From Leucobacter sp. (GTDB taxonomy: Bacteria; Actinomycetota; Actinomycetes; Actinomycetales; Microbacteriaceae): 64,000 nt of DNA. The DNA lies in the NCBI GenBank assembly GCA_052094845.1, contig JBQDKK010000001.1, positions 163,386 through 227,385 of the forward strand. Reading direction: 5' to 3'. Within the stretch, counting starts at the first letter, position 1, and every line of letters begins with the position of its first letter. The notes under the pieces are model-generated. The model saw only the letters and a list, made by a program, of their open reading frames with translations. It searched no databases and was not told the origin of the DNA. The position numbers and the translations under genes are program-made. This document shows positions 18,641 through 28,623 of the stretch, piece by piece.

Positions 18641-19744
18641 ATGCTTGAACAGGACTTCTCCGCCCGGATCCGCTCGCTCCGCGCCACCTACGCCGATATC
18701 GCGGAGGTCACTGACCTGCCGAAGCTCGATCGCGAAATCGCGGAGCTCGAGGAGCAGGCCGCCGCCCCAGACCTCTGGGACGACCCCGCGGCCGCCCAGG
18801 TCGTGACGAGCGGCCTGTCACACCGCCAGGCGCGTGTGCGCAAGGTGCGCGGCGTCGAGTCGCGCATCGACGACGTTGAGGTGCTTGCTGAGCTCGCCGA
18901 GGAGGCGGGTGACGCAGACACGGAGGCGGAGGTGCTCGCGGAGCTCGCCGCGATCGAGGCGCAGATTCAGGATCTCGAGGTGCAGACGCTTCTCTCGGGC
19001 GAGTATGACGCCGAGTCGGCGGTCATGACTATCAGGTCGGGCGCCGGCGGTGATGACGCGACTGACTTTGCCGAGATGCTGCTGCGCATGTATCTGCGCT
19101 GGGCGGAAGACCGCGGCTACACGACGAAGGTGCTCGACACCTCGTACGCGGAGGGCGCCGGCATTAAGTCGGCCACCGTCGAGATCGACGCGCCCTACGC
19201 GTTCGGCACGCTCTCGGTTGAGGCCGGGACGCACCGCCTCGCACGCATCAGCCCGTTTGGGTCGGCCGACAAGCGGCAGACGAGCTTTGCCGCGGTCGAG
19301 GTGATCCCGCTGCTCGCGGAGGCGACCGAGGTCGAGATCCCTGAGACCGACATCCGTGTCGACGTGTACCGTTCGAGCGGCCCCGGCGGCCAGTCTGTGA
19401 ACACGACCGACTCGGCCGTGCGCATCACCCATATCCCGACGGGCATCGTCATCTCGATGCAGAACGAGAAGAGTCAGATTCAGAACCGCGCGGCCGCGAT
19501 GCGCCTGCTGCAGGCCCGACTGCTCATCCTGCAGCGCGAGGAGGAAGCGGCGAAGAAGAAGGAGCTTGCGGGCAACATCACCGCGAGCTGGGGCGATCAG
19601 ATTCGCTCGTACTTCCTTTACGGCCAGCAGCTCGTGAAGGATCTGCGGACGGGGTTTGAGTCGACGCAGCCCGATGCGGTGTTCGACGGTGACCTCGACG
19701 GCTTCATCGCCGCGGGTATTCGCTGGCGCTCGCTGAACAAGTAG
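18641..19744 (+). CDS. prfB: Peptide chain release factor 2 (single ORF, no programmed frameshift)
   Basis: SPF recognition motif, [16 protein letters not shown]. Confidence 0.98.
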   Translation: MLEQDFSARIRSLRATYADIAEVTDLPKLDREIAELEEQAAAPDLWDDPAAAQVVTSGLSHRQARVRKVRGVESRIDDVEVLAELAEEAGDADTEAEVLAELAAIEAQIQDLEVQTLLSGEYDAESAVMTIRSGAGGDDATDFAEMLLRMYLRWAEDRGYTTKVLDTSYAEGAGIKSATVEIDAPYAFGTLSVEAGTHRLARISPFGSADKRQTSFAAVEVIPLLAEATEVEIPETDIRVDVYRSSGPGGQSVNTTDSAVRITHIPTGIVISMQNEKSQIQNRAAAMRLLQARLLILQREEEAAKKKELAGNITASWGDQIRSYFLYGQQLVKDLRTGFESTQPDAVFDGDLDGFIAAGIRWRSLNK

Positions 19745-19862
19745 TCGAGGCTGGCTTGCCACACAGGCCAGTCGTGGCCCGCGCAAAGGTTCCCGGGAAT
19801 GCGCCTAACTCGCGCGCGCCTCAGCCGCTATTCACCAAACGGCGCGTAGTCTCTGTGGCGTT

Positions 19863-21029
19863 ATGATCCTCTTTGAAAACGTCACCAAGAAGTACCGGGG
19901 CACGCAAAAACCCGCGCTCGACTCGGTTGATCTCAAGATCGACCGCGGCGAGTTCGTCTTCATCGTGGGTGCGTCGGGCTCGGGCAAATCAAGCTGCCTC
20001 CGGCTCATTCTGCGGGAGGATCGCCCGACCTCGGGCCAGATCCACGTCGCCGGGCAGGATCTCAGTAAGATCTCGTCGCGCAAGGTCCCGTACTTTCGGC
20101 GCGGCCTCGGCACCGTGTTCCAAGACTTCCGGCTGCTCGCCAACAAGACCGTGTTTGACAACGTCGCGTTCACGCTGCAGGTCATCGGCAAGTCGCGCGG
20201 CTTCATCCAGGAAGCGGTGCCTGACACCCTCGAGATGGTGGGGCTGACGGGCAAGGCCAAGCGGTTCCCGCACGAGCTCTCGGGCGGCGAGCAGCAACGC
20301 GTTGCGATCGCGCGTGCCATCGTGAACAAGCCCGCCATCCTGCTCGCGGACGAGCCGACGGGTAACCTTGACCCCGCCACGAGCCTCGGCATCATGCAGC
20401 TCCTCAAAGCGATCAACGCATCGGGCACCACCGTCGTCATGGCGACCCACGAGGCGACCTTCGTTGACATCATGCAGCAGCGCGTCGTCGAGCTGTCCCA
20501 GGGCGTTGTCGTGCGCGACGATGTCGAGGGCGGCTACGGCCACACCGCCTCGATCCCGATCGCTGAGCTCACCGACACCGGCGCGCGCGTGCTCCGCACC
20601 TCCGAGGAGGTCGTGCGGCAGGCGCTGGCCCCCGACGTCGAGCGCATCCGGCAGCAGGACGCGGCGGCATCCGCAGCGGCCATTGCAGACGGCACCGTGC
20701 CTCCGGCGCCCGGCGTGCCTGCGGCTGCGCCGCAGGGCACTGACGGCGCCGCGCCCGTCGAAATCCCGCTTCCTGAGCCGCTGCCCTCCGCCGCCGCGGA
20801 GCCCGTTTCCGCGGAAGACGTCGCCGAGCCGCTCGCGACCCGCCTCGACAGCGGCGACGACCTGAGCGTCCCGCCACCGCCCGACGAAGCGGTGCCGGGT
20901 AAACGCATCCCGTCGTTCCTTGAACCCGACGTTGAGAGCACCGTGCAGGTCGCCGAGACGGGCGGCTTCGCGGAACGCCTCGGGCTGAGTGAAGACGACG
21001 ATCAGGGGAATGTGGGGCCCACCCGATGA
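19863..21029 (+). CDS. ftsE: Cell division ATP-binding protein FtsE with long acidic Pro/Ala-rich C-terminal tail
   Basis: [31 protein letters not shown]; about 160 aa beyond the usual end; ftsX follows. Confidence 0.95.
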   Translation: MILFENVTKKYRGTQKPALDSVDLKIDRGEFVFIVGASGSGKSSCLRLILREDRPTSGQIHVAGQDLSKISSRKVPYFRRGLGTVFQDFRLLANKTVFDNVAFTLQVIGKSRGFIQEAVPDTLEMVGLTGKAKRFPHELSGGEQQRVAIARAIVNKPAILLADEPTGNLDPATSLGIMQLLKAINASGTTVVMATHEATFVDIMQQRVVELSQGVVVRDDVEGGYGHTASIPIAELTDTGARVLRTSEEVVRQALAPDVERIRQQDAAASAAAIADGTVPPAPGVPAAAPQGTDGAAPVEIPLPEPLPSAAAEPVSAEDVAEPLATRLDSGDDLSVPPPPDEAVPGKRIPSFLEPDVESTVQVAETGGFAERLGLSEDDDQGNVGPTR

Positions 21030-21940
21030 GATTTAGGCTCGTAATGGGAGAGGTCTGGAGCGGCCTGCGCCGTAACCTCTCCGTCGTGATTTCCGTGATT
21101 CTCGTGACGTTCGTGTCGTTGACGTTTGTTGGCGCTGCGATCCTCATGCAGCAGCAGGTCCAGCAGATGAAGTCGTTCTGGTATGACCGGGCCCAGGTCG
21201 CCGTCTACCTCTGCACGTCTCACGACCGCAGCGCGACGTGCGACGGCACCGACGCTGGCGAGGAGCAGATCGCCGCCGTTGAAGACGCTCTGAAGTCTGA
21301 GACGCTCGCTCCGTACATCGAAGATTACTTCTTCCTGGACCACGACCAGGCGTACGAAGAGTTCAAGAAGCAGTTCGAGGGCAACCCGATTCTCGACGTC
21401 ACCAGCCCCGACCAGCTCAACCAGACGTACTGGGTGAAGCTGAAGGACGCGGCGAAGTCGCAAATTATCCTCGAGACGTTTAGCGGCATCCCAGGGGTGC
21501 AAAGCGTGAAGGACCAGCAGAGCCTCCTCGACAGGATCTTCCTGTTCCTCGGGGTGGCGAGCTACACGGCCATCGCGATCGCGGGCCTCATGCTCATCGC
21601 CGCGATGCTGCTCATCTCGACGACGATCAGGCTCTCGGCGTTCTCTCGCAGGCGCGAGATCGGCATTATGCGCCTCGTCGGCGCCTCCAACAGATTTATC
21701 CAAACCCCGTTCATCCTTGAGGGAATCATTGCCGCGCTCATTGGCGCGGTGCTGGCGGGCGCCGCCTCCGTCGCGATCGTGAAGTTCTTCGTGCAGGGCT
21801 TCCTTGTGAAGGAAGTGCCGTTTACGAGCTATATCACTGTCGAGCAGTCGCTGATCGTGCCCCCGATCCTCATCGCGCTTGGCGTGATCCTTTCGGCGAT
21901 CGCCGCGAAGATCGCGATTACCCGCTACCTGCGCGTCTAG
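21026..21940 (+). CDS. ftsX: Permease-like cell division protein FtsX
   Basis: [35 protein letters not shown]. Confidence 0.96.
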   Translation: MRFRLVMGEVWSGLRRNLSVVISVILVTFVSLTFVGAAILMQQQVQQMKSFWYDRAQVAVYLCTSHDRSATCDGTDAGEEQIAAVEDALKSETLAPYIEDYFFLDHDQAYEEFKKQFEGNPILDVTSPDQLNQTYWVKLKDAAKSQIILETFSGIPGVQSVKDQQSLLDRIFLFLGVASYTAIAIAGLMLIAAMLLISTTIRLSAFSRRREIGIMRLVGASNRFIQTPFILEGIIAALIGAVLAGAASVAIVKFFVQGFLVKEVPFTSYITVEQSLIVPPILIALGVILSAIAAKIAITRYLRV

Positions 21941-22085
21941 CGTTCGCCTCCTATGACGCCGCCCGCCCGGTTCCTGCCGTGGTGGGCAGCGTCGTATCGG
22001 GGCGCGAGTTCGCGCCGCGCCCGAGGGCTCCGATAGGCTGGATCCTTGCGTACACCCGCAGAGACGACGACGAGAGGGCGTGAAC

Positions 22086-22562
22086 ATGCCAAAAGAGACC
22101 GGTGAGAAGCTCATCGCTTCGAACAAGAAGGCGCGTCACGACTACCTCATCTTCGACACGTACGAGGCGGGTCTCGTGCTCACCGGCAGCGAAGTGAAGT
22201 CGCTTCGGATGGGGCGCGCGTCGCTCGTCGACGGCTACGTCTTCATCGAGCGGGGAGAGGCCTGGCTCGACGCCGCATACATCCCCGAGTACTTGAACGG
22301 CTCGTGGACGAACCACGCGCCGCGCCGCAAGCGCAAGCTGCTCCTGCACCGCAAGCAGATCGACAAGCTGTACGACAAGACCCGCGAGGGTGGCATGACG
22401 ATCGTGCCGCTGCGCATGTACTTCCTTGACGGCCGCGTGAAGGTCGAGATTGCGCTCGCAAAGGGTAAGCGCGAGTTCGACAAGCGGCAAACGCTGCGCG
22501 AGCAGCAAGACAAACGCGAAGCCGAGCGCGCGATGCGCCAGCGCAACCGCACAGGGGAGTAG
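22086..22562 (+). CDS. smpB: SsrA-binding protein
   Basis: [39 protein letters not shown]. Confidence 0.98.
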   Translation: MPKETGEKLIASNKKARHDYLIFDTYEAGLVLTGSEVKSLRMGRASLVDGYVFIERGEAWLDAAYIPEYLNGSWTNHAPRRKRKLLLHRKQIDKLYDKTREGGMTIVPLRMYFLDGRVKVEIALAKGKREFDKRQTLREQQDKREAERAMRQRNRTGE

Positions 22563-22569
22563 GGCGTCG

Positions 22570-23523
22570 ATGGGGGATCGGTTGCGCCAAGTCGCTGTCG
22601 TCATCTTGGACGGCGCGAAACCGCTCGACGTCGGTATCCCCGCGCAAGTGTTCACCACGCGCCCGAGCATGCCCTACGAGGTACGGGTGTGCGGCGTTGA
22701 GCCGGGCCTCGTGTCTGGCGGCGATGGGCTCTCGTATGCGGTTGAGCACGGGCTCGAAGCGCTCGAGGACGCCGAGCTGATCTTCATCCCCGGCTACCGG
22801 CACCCCGACCGCGAGGAGCCGCCAGCAGCTCTCGTCGAGGCGCTCATTGCCGCGCATGACCGGGGCACGCGCATCGCCGCGATTTCGACGGGGGCGTTCG
22901 CGCTCGCGGCGACGGGGCTCCTCGACGGAAAGCGCGCGACCACCCACTGGCACTACTCGCGGATCTTCGCCGAGCGCTTCCCTCGCGTGCAGGTCAACGA
23001 GAGCGTGCTCTTTGTCGACGAGGGAAACGTACTGACTTCGGCCGGCGCCGCCTCTGGCATCGACCTGTGCCTGCACATCCTCCGCGGTGATCTCGGGATG
23101 GCGACGGCGAACCACGCCGCGAGGCGCCTCGTCGCCGCGCCCTACCGCTCGGGCGGGCAGGCGCAATACGTGCGCCGGAGCGTGCCGCCGACGATCGGGG
23201 AGCGCTTTTCCGCGACGCGCGAGTGGGCGCTCACCCACCTCGACGACCAGCTCACTATCGAGTCGCTCTCGCGACACGCGAACGTCTCACCGCGCACGTT
23301 CTCACGCCGGTTCCGTGAGGAGACCGGGTACACGCCGATGCAGTGGGTCATGCGCGCGCGTATCGACCTCGCGCGAGAGCTGCTCGAGAACACTGACTTC
23401 GGGATCGACGAGATCGCGCTCAGCGTCGGTATGGGCTCGGGCGCAAACCTGCGCCAGTTCTTCCGTCGCGTGCTTGGCACGACGCCGAGTGAGTACCGGC
23501 GCACGTTTACCGCGGGGGAGTAG
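22570..23523 (+). CDS. GlxA-family regulator (DJ-1/PfpI plus AraC HTH)
   Basis: ISTGAFALAATGLLDGKRATTHW, TSAGAASGIDLC, RRFREETGYTPMQW, GTTPSEYR. Confidence 0.92.
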   Translation: MGDRLRQVAVVILDGAKPLDVGIPAQVFTTRPSMPYEVRVCGVEPGLVSGGDGLSYAVEHGLEALEDAELIFIPGYRHPDREEPPAALVEALIAAHDRGTRIAAISTGAFALAATGLLDGKRATTHWHYSRIFAERFPRVQVNESVLFVDEGNVLTSAGAASGIDLCLHILRGDLGMATANHAARRLVAAPYRSGGQAQYVRRSVPPTIGERFSATREWALTHLDDQLTIESLSRHANVSPRTFSRRFREETGYTPMQWVMRARIDLARELLENTDFGIDEIALSVGMGSGANLRQFFRRVLGTTPSEYRRTFTAGE

Positions 23524-23580
23524 GCCGGGCGAGCCTCGCTCGGGGGCGCCGCGGTACCCGATCGGTGGCGCCTGGCGCGG

Positions 23581-23617
23581 GTGGCATAATCCTTTCGGGA
23601 GCGGGCGTTAATGCCAC
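23581..23617. promoter_or_regulatory. Inverted repeat upstream of gap (candidate GlxA-family site)
   Basis: GTGGCATAA...TTAATGCCAC arms; TGGC/GCCA boxes are typical of GlxA-type targets. Confidence 0.5.
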
Positions 23618-23683
23618 TTGATGGGCTCTCCTTTTCTCTTGAGAATGGTCTTAGTACCCCAGAAGTCCGAGAGAGATGGATAA

Positions 23684-24682
23684 ATGACCGCTCGTATTGC
23701 TATCAACGGTTTCGGTAGGATCGGCCGCGGGCTCCTCCGCGCGATCCTTGAGCGGGGCAGCGCCCTCGACGTTGTCGCGGTGAACGACCTCGGCGACGGA
23801 AACGCGCTCGCGCAGCTGTTCAACTTTGACTCCGTCTACGGCCGCGCGCCCGAGCGGATGCGCTTTGAAGACGGCTTCCTTGTCGTGGGCGACCGCAAGA
23901 TCCAGATCATTGCGGAGCGTGAGCCCGCGAAGCTGCCGTGGGGAGACCTTGGCATCGACGTCGTCGTGGAGTCGACGGGCCGCTTCACCGACGCGAAAGA
24001 CGCGGCGCAGCACCTCGAGGCTGGCGCGAAGCGCGTTCTCGTGAGCGCGCCCTCGAAGGGCGCAGACGTGACCATCGCGCGCGGCGTGAACCACGACGCG
24101 TTCGACCCTGAGAAGCACCGCATCATCTCGAACGCGTCGTGCACCACGAACGCGCTCGCCCCCGTCGCGCAGGTGCTCAACGACCTCGCAGGCATCGAGC
24201 AGGGCTTCATGATGACCGCTCACGCGTACACGGGTGACCAGAGCCTCGTGGACGGCCCGCACAAGGATCCGCGTCGTGCGCGCGCTGCGGCGCTGAACAT
24301 CGTGCCGTCTTCGACCGGTGCGGCGAAGGCGATCGGCCTCGTGCTGCCCGAACTCGACGGCAAGCTTCAGGGCGACTCGCTTCGCGTGCCCGTGCCCGTC
24401 GGGTCGATCGTTGAGCTCACCGCGATCGTCAGCCGCGAGATCACGCGCGATGAGCTGCTCGCCGCCTTCAAGGATGCCGCTGAGGGGCGCCTAGAGGGTG
24501 TGCTCGCGTACTCTGAGGATCCGCTCGTGTCGAGCGACATCGTCGGCGACCCGCACTCCTCGATCTTCGACTCTGAGCTCGCCAAAGTCGAGGGCAAGCT
24601 CGTGAAGGTCTCGGCCTGGTACGACAACGAGTGGGGCTTCTCGAACCGCGTTGTCGAGACGCTGGAGTTCCTGACTCGTTAG
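23684..24682 (+). CDS. gap: Type I glyceraldehyde-3-phosphate dehydrogenase (probable secondary copy)
   Basis: INGFGRIGR, SNASCTTN catalytic Cys, WYDNEWGFS; not in a gap-pgk-tpi operon. Confidence 0.95.
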   Translation: MTARIAINGFGRIGRGLLRAILERGSALDVVAVNDLGDGNALAQLFNFDSVYGRAPERMRFEDGFLVVGDRKIQIIAEREPAKLPWGDLGIDVVVESTGRFTDAKDAAQHLEAGAKRVLVSAPSKGADVTIARGVNHDAFDPEKHRIISNASCTTNALAPVAQVLNDLAGIEQGFMMTAHAYTGDQSLVDGPHKDPRRARAAALNIVPSSTGAAKAIGLVLPELDGKLQGDSLRVPVPVGSIVELTAIVSREITRDELLAAFKDAAEGRLEGVLAYSEDPLVSSDIVGDPHSSIFDSELAKVEGKLVKVSAWYDNEWGFSNRVVETLEFLTR

Positions 24683-24692
24683 TCCTTGCGGG

Positions 24693-24726
24693 GCGGGTGG
24701 TCGGCTGCGAGCCGCCCACCCGCTTT
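24693..24726 (+). terminator. Intrinsic terminator of gap
   Basis: gcgggtggtcggct-gcg-agccgcccacccgc-tttt. Confidence 0.7.
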
Positions 24727-24840
24727 TGCGCTGGTGGGGCTGCGGGGGTCGCTTCGGCGAATTCGCTGTGGGCGGAGTTCCGCCGACAGCGCGCCACACG
24801 GCGTCCGTGGTACTCTGGAGGGCCTGGCCTGCCCGGGAAC

Positions 24841-24876
24841 CTTGAAAACTCAACAGTGTGTGATGCGAAATGTTCG
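24841..24876 (+). promoter_or_regulatory. rrn-leader-like boxA/processing-stem 5' arm of pre-tmRNA
   Basis: CTTGAAAACTCAACAGTGTGTGATGCG-AA-ATGTTCG is complementary to 25272-25307; extended -10 TG-g-TACTCT at 24808-24816. Confidence 0.65.
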
Positions 24877-24902
24877 CGGGTTGTTTGCTGACCCGCACAG
24901 AC

Positions 24903-25271
24903 GGGGCCGATCGGTTTCGACACGTCGATTTGAGACTGTGAGAAGCGGGCCGAGGACGCGGAGTTATCTCGTAAACGCCCTTCGCAACCAATAGGTGCCA
25001 CTTCTAAGCGCACCGACTTCGCTCTCGCTGCCTAAGCACGAGACCGAGTCCGTCAGGCCGGGTGTGCCTCCGCCCCGGTTTCCTGGCGTCATCTAGGGGG
25101 CTTGCTGGTGCTTTGCGTCTCAGGACGCACCGGGACTTTTGCTGAGGCTGGGCCTGTCATCCTAGGTGTTCGTGACAAAGAATGGGGCCGAGTAGAACGT
25201 CAACACGAACTACGCTCGTAGAAGGCATGGAATCGTCGAAGTGGACCGGGGTTCAATTCCCCGCGGCTCCA
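24903..25271 (+). ncRNA. ssrA: tmRNA; tag peptide (A)ATSKRTDFALAA* at 24997-25035
   Basis: 5' GGGGCCGATCGGTTTCGAC, 3' GGGGTTCAATTCCCCGCGGCTCCA; tag ends in ALAA; downstream of smpB. Confidence 0.97.
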
Positions 25272-25304
25272 CGAACATGCGCATCACGCACTGAGTTTTC
25301 TTCC

Positions 25305-25332
25305 AAGAGGCCGCCCTATGGGGCGGCCTCTT
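25305..25332 (+). terminator. Intrinsic terminator of ssrA
   Basis: aagaggccgccc-tatg-gggcggcctctt followed by a T-rich tract. Confidence 0.8.
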
Positions 25333-25478
25333 GTGGTTTCTGTGTGCCCGGGTTGGCCCTCGCATTTTGCCAATGTGATCGGCACTACCTATGTTGGGGC
25401 GCCTGTCTGCGCGGCATAGGGTGCGTCGATCCCAGTTCTTGGTGGTGTCCAGTAAGCAGCCGAGTGAGCGGCCGGGTT

Positions 25479-25522
25479 AGCAACTAAGGTTGACAAAACG
25501 GATCGAGCAACGTAGGTTGACA
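25479..25522 (+). promoter_or_regulatory. SigA promoter with two overlapping palindromic operators
   Basis: TTGACA (25490-95), 17 bp, TAGGTT (25513-18), ATG 6 nt later; AGCAAC-n4-GTTGACA occurs twice (25479, 25506). Confidence 0.75.
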
Positions 25523-25524
25523 GC

Positions 25525-25767
25525 ATGGACCTTGAGTACATTTCAGGCATTGCAAACGATGTGGCCGACCCGCGTGAGGGGCTGCGGGCAGTCGTCTCGC
25601 TCCGCGCTCTCGCCGACGCGCTTGAGCTGAAGCAGGTCGAGGCCGCGCTGGCCGAGGGTATGACCTGGCAGGTGATCGCCGATGCGCTCGGCGTGACCCG
25701 ACAGGCCGTTCACAAGAAGTACGCAAAGCGTGTCGATCAGCGCCTCCTGCCCAGGAAGGGCCGCTGA
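25525..25767 (+). CDS. Small HTH DNA-binding protein
   Basis: DPREGLRAVVSLR...MTWQVIADALGVTRQAVHKKY. Confidence 0.85.
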   Translation: MDLEYISGIANDVADPREGLRAVVSLRALADALELKQVEAALAEGMTWQVIADALGVTRQAVHKKYAKRVDQRLLPRKGR

Positions 25768-26795
25768 TGGGCAAGTTCTCGCGAAGCGCCGCGACCTCGT
25801 ATGACCTATCGCTGGCGGCTATGGAGGAGGCATCGCGCGACGGTCTGCGAGAAGCCGATCTAGCTCACCTGCTGATGGCACTCTCGATTTCTGAGCAGGT
25901 GGGGGGCCAGGTGCTCAGAGCGGCCGGTGTGACGCTGCAGCGGGTGCGCCAGGCGGTCGCGGAGGAGCGAGAGGTGCAGCTTCGAGCGCTCGGCGTCGAT
26001 CGGGCCTCGGTGACCCCGGGCCCCATTGTCTTTCACCAGACCGGCGGGTATGAGTGGTCGCGGCGCGCGCAGCGGGTGTTGACCCGGGCAAACTCTCGCG
26101 GCCGGGATGGCACGGCTTCGGCTGTCTTGCGCGAGCTCCTTGATGAACCGAGCGGGGCTATCGTGTCGCTGCTGGGTGGCCTGGGTGTGACGCGCGGAGA
26201 ACTCGTTGCAGAGCTCGATGCCGTCGAGCGTCTCACCGCGTCGGGTGCCGGGGGCGGTGTGCCGAGTGGGGGAGGCGTGCTCCAGAGGTCCGCCGTCACG
26301 TTTGTGCCGGCCACGGTGAGCGACGTATGGGCGCTTCTCGCGGATCCGGCCCGAATGCCCGAGTGGGACATTCTGCTGGGTGAGGTTGAGGTGCCCGATG
26401 AGTCGCGGGCGCGTGTGCCGAGACCTGGCGAAACGTGGGAGGGCCGGGCGAAGTCTGAGGGGCCAGACGGCGCCCCCTTGAAGATTCGCCCGGCGCTGCG
26501 GCGTACCGTGGTCGAACTCCTGGCTTTTCGTCCAGAGGAACTCATTTCCTGGCGTATGACCACTCCCGACGAGCCGCGAGCCAACGCCCGTCGCGTTACG
26601 GTGGGCCTCGAGCCTGCCGCGGGCGGCACCCGGCTGAATATCACGTTCGCCTGGGAAGCCGTCGCCCGAGAGCCCGCCTCAATCGCGCGGCGGGTACGCC
26701 GGCTGTTAATGACCCCGGCCATGCGGTTCGCGGTGTGGATGCAGCTCTCGCAAATCGGGAGCGGCATCAGTCGGCTGTTCCGCTCTGGTGGTTAA
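25767..26795 (+). CDS. Clp N-terminal repeat domain fused to SRPBCC domain
   Basis: AAMEEASRDG..ADLAHLLMAL and SRRAQRVL Clp-N repeats; VPATVSDVWALLADPARMPEWD SRPBCC start. Confidence 0.75.
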   Translation: MGKFSRSAATSYDLSLAAMEEASRDGLREADLAHLLMALSISEQVGGQVLRAAGVTLQRVRQAVAEEREVQLRALGVDRASVTPGPIVFHQTGGYEWSRRAQRVLTRANSRGRDGTASAVLRELLDEPSGAIVSLLGGLGVTRGELVAELDAVERLTASGAGGGVPSGGGVLQRSAVTFVPATVSDVWALLADPARMPEWDILLGEVEVPDESRARVPRPGETWEGRAKSEGPDGAPLKIRPALRRTVVELLAFRPEELISWRMTTPDEPRANARRVTVGLEPAAGGTRLNITFAWEAVAREPASIARRVRRLLMTPAMRFAVWMQLSQIGSGISRLFRSGG

Positions 26796-26910
26796 CCAGG
26801 GAATTGCAATGATGGACCGGTTCCCAGTCCCTGAAGGGGTGCGGCGCCTAGGTGTCGCAGTGATCGAGACCTAACCGCCGCACCGGCCGCTAAATAACGG
26901 AGTGGCGTCG

Positions 26911-28623
26911 CTATTGAATCCTCTGGGTATCGTGTCGCGCTACCGAGGCCGTGATCTCGCTCATAAATGGTGCTTCGACCAAGCGGGAAACTCTGCAATC
27001 AAGCAGGAACAACCCCACGCCGTTGTCTACCCAGTCCTGAAATTCCGACAGGTCGGCAAGCGAGCGGATTATGCTTCCTTGACCTCCAACTGCGTGAGCT
27101 GCAGCGGCGAAATCAACCTCGTCGATCAGCATCGGGGCGGGGTTGAGTCCCTGAGCATCTGCGTATTGCAACACCTCTGCGCTGTAGGCAGCATCGTTCC
27201 AGACAAGCACAACGCAGCGGTTCTGGGAGCGAGCTATCGTGTCGAGGTCTGCGAGCGCCATTAGTGCAGAGCCGTCCCCCATTACGGCTAGGGTGAGCTC
27301 TCCGGCCGACGCAGCGCATGCGCCGATTGCGCCGAGCAAGCCAAGTCCCGTCGACTGAAACGCGGAGCCCATGAAGATCGGGGGCAAGCTGGGGGTCGGT
27401 GGGAGGTATCGGGGGGCCCACGAGATACTGTGTCCGATATCCTGCACCAGCTGCACTCGCGCGGGCAGGATCTCGCTCAACCGCTGAGCAACCGCGCGAG
27501 GATCAAGACGCCCGTCGCTTGCGAACTCCGATGGTGGCGTTTCAGGGCGCGTATCTATTCCGCGCGCCACCGCGGCTCCCCATGCCGAAGCCAACGACCC
27601 CCGAGAACTGATTGCTTCGCGCAGAGCGGGCACAAGGGCGGCGGCATCTCCGATAAGAGACTGCGTCACCGGCACCTGTGTTGAGCCTGGGTCGTGGTCC
27701 ACTCGGACGACCTGTGCGGCGCCAAATACCGTACCGAACCGACTGCTAAAGGGGTTCAGGCTAGCACCTACGACGAGTACGACATCGGCGGCTGCCAGCG
27801 CTGCCGCGACGGTCGAATTCGCAAACCCTCCGATCACTCCAAGGCTCGGCACGTCGTTGCTGAATGCGCCCCTTGCTACCGCTGTGGTGGCTGTTGCGGC
27901 ACCAAGCGCACGCGCGACGGCTTCAAGTTCTGGGATGATCCCAGCTTTGATGGCGCCGGCGCCAGCGACTACCAGTGGGCGGGAAGCTCCGGTGAGTAAC
28001 GTTGCCGCAGCGGAGACTCGTGTGAGTGTCTCCATTGCCGGTGTCGAGAAGGCGGCCTGGGGCACGCCGGAGCTCGACGTTTTGGCACTGAACTCCTCCA
28101 CGGCTGAGCGGGCTGAATCGGGCGACACCACCGAACGTGTCGCGATGTCGTATGGAACCTCGATCACAACCGGACGGTTTTGAGACTGTGCATTACGTGC
28201 CGCAGCTCTGATGGTTCCCGCGACCCCTGCCTCTCCGACGCGAACGACGTCGGCTCCAACCGCACGAGCGCACGCAGCCTGATCGATATCCCATGGTCGC
28301 GGCGACGCCGGGGGTGCGCCCGTGACAAGGAGCAGAGGAGACCGCGCAGCGACGGCCTCTGCCAGAGGGGTGAGCGCATTCGTAAAGCCTGGGCCATATG
28401 TGGTGGTGGCGATGGCCAGTAAGCCCGTCTTGCGTGCAAATGCGTCCGCTGCGGCTACGGCTCCTGCCTCGTGCCGCGTTGGGGTGAACGAAACACCGTC
28501 GGCAATGAGCGCGTCAACGAGGTGCGCGTTGCCGTTGCCCACAACTCCGAATGCGATGTCGACTAGTGACGAGAGTTCAGAAGACACCGCCTGTGAGACT
28601 GTCCGAGTGGTGACAAGACTCAT
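26911..28623 (-). CDS. Thiamine-diphosphate-binding enzyme (acetolactate synthase/decarboxylase superfamily)
   Basis: FGVVGNGN, TRHEAGA catalytic Glu, TTYGPG, GDGS...VWNDAAY ThDP motif; ATGA-coupled to the amidohydrolase. Confidence 0.9.
   Translation of the reverse strand: MSLVTTRTVSQAVSSELSSLVDIAFGVVGNGNAHLVDALIADGVSFTPTRHEAGAVAAADAFARKTGLLAIATTTYGPGFTNALTPLAEAVAARSPLLLVTGAPPASPRPWDIDQAACARAVGADVVRVGEAGVAGTIRAAARNAQSQNRPVVIEVPYDIATRSVVSPDSARSAVEEFSAKTSSSGVPQAAFSTPAMETLTRVSAAATLLTGASRPLVVAGAGAIKAGIIPELEAVARALGAATATTAVARGAFSNDVPSLGVIGGFANSTVAAALAAADVVLVVGASLNPFSSRFGTVFGAAQVVRVDHDPGSTQVPVTQSLIGDAAALVPALREAISSRGSLASAWGAAVARGIDTRPETPPSEFASDGRLDPRAVAQRLSEILPARVQLVQDIGHSISWAPRYLPPTPSLPPIFMGSAFQSTGLGLLGAIGACAASAGELTLAVMGDGSALMALADLDTIARSQNRCVVLVWNDAAYSAEVLQYADAQGLNPAPMLIDEVDFAAAAHAVGGQGSIIRSLADLSEFQDWVDNGVGLFLLDCRVSRLVEAPFMSEITASVARHDTQRIQ

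Noticed and set aside
18641-18760. Programmed +1 frameshift in prfB
   Set aside because: The ORF is continuous, with no CTT-TGA site; normal for Actinobacteria.
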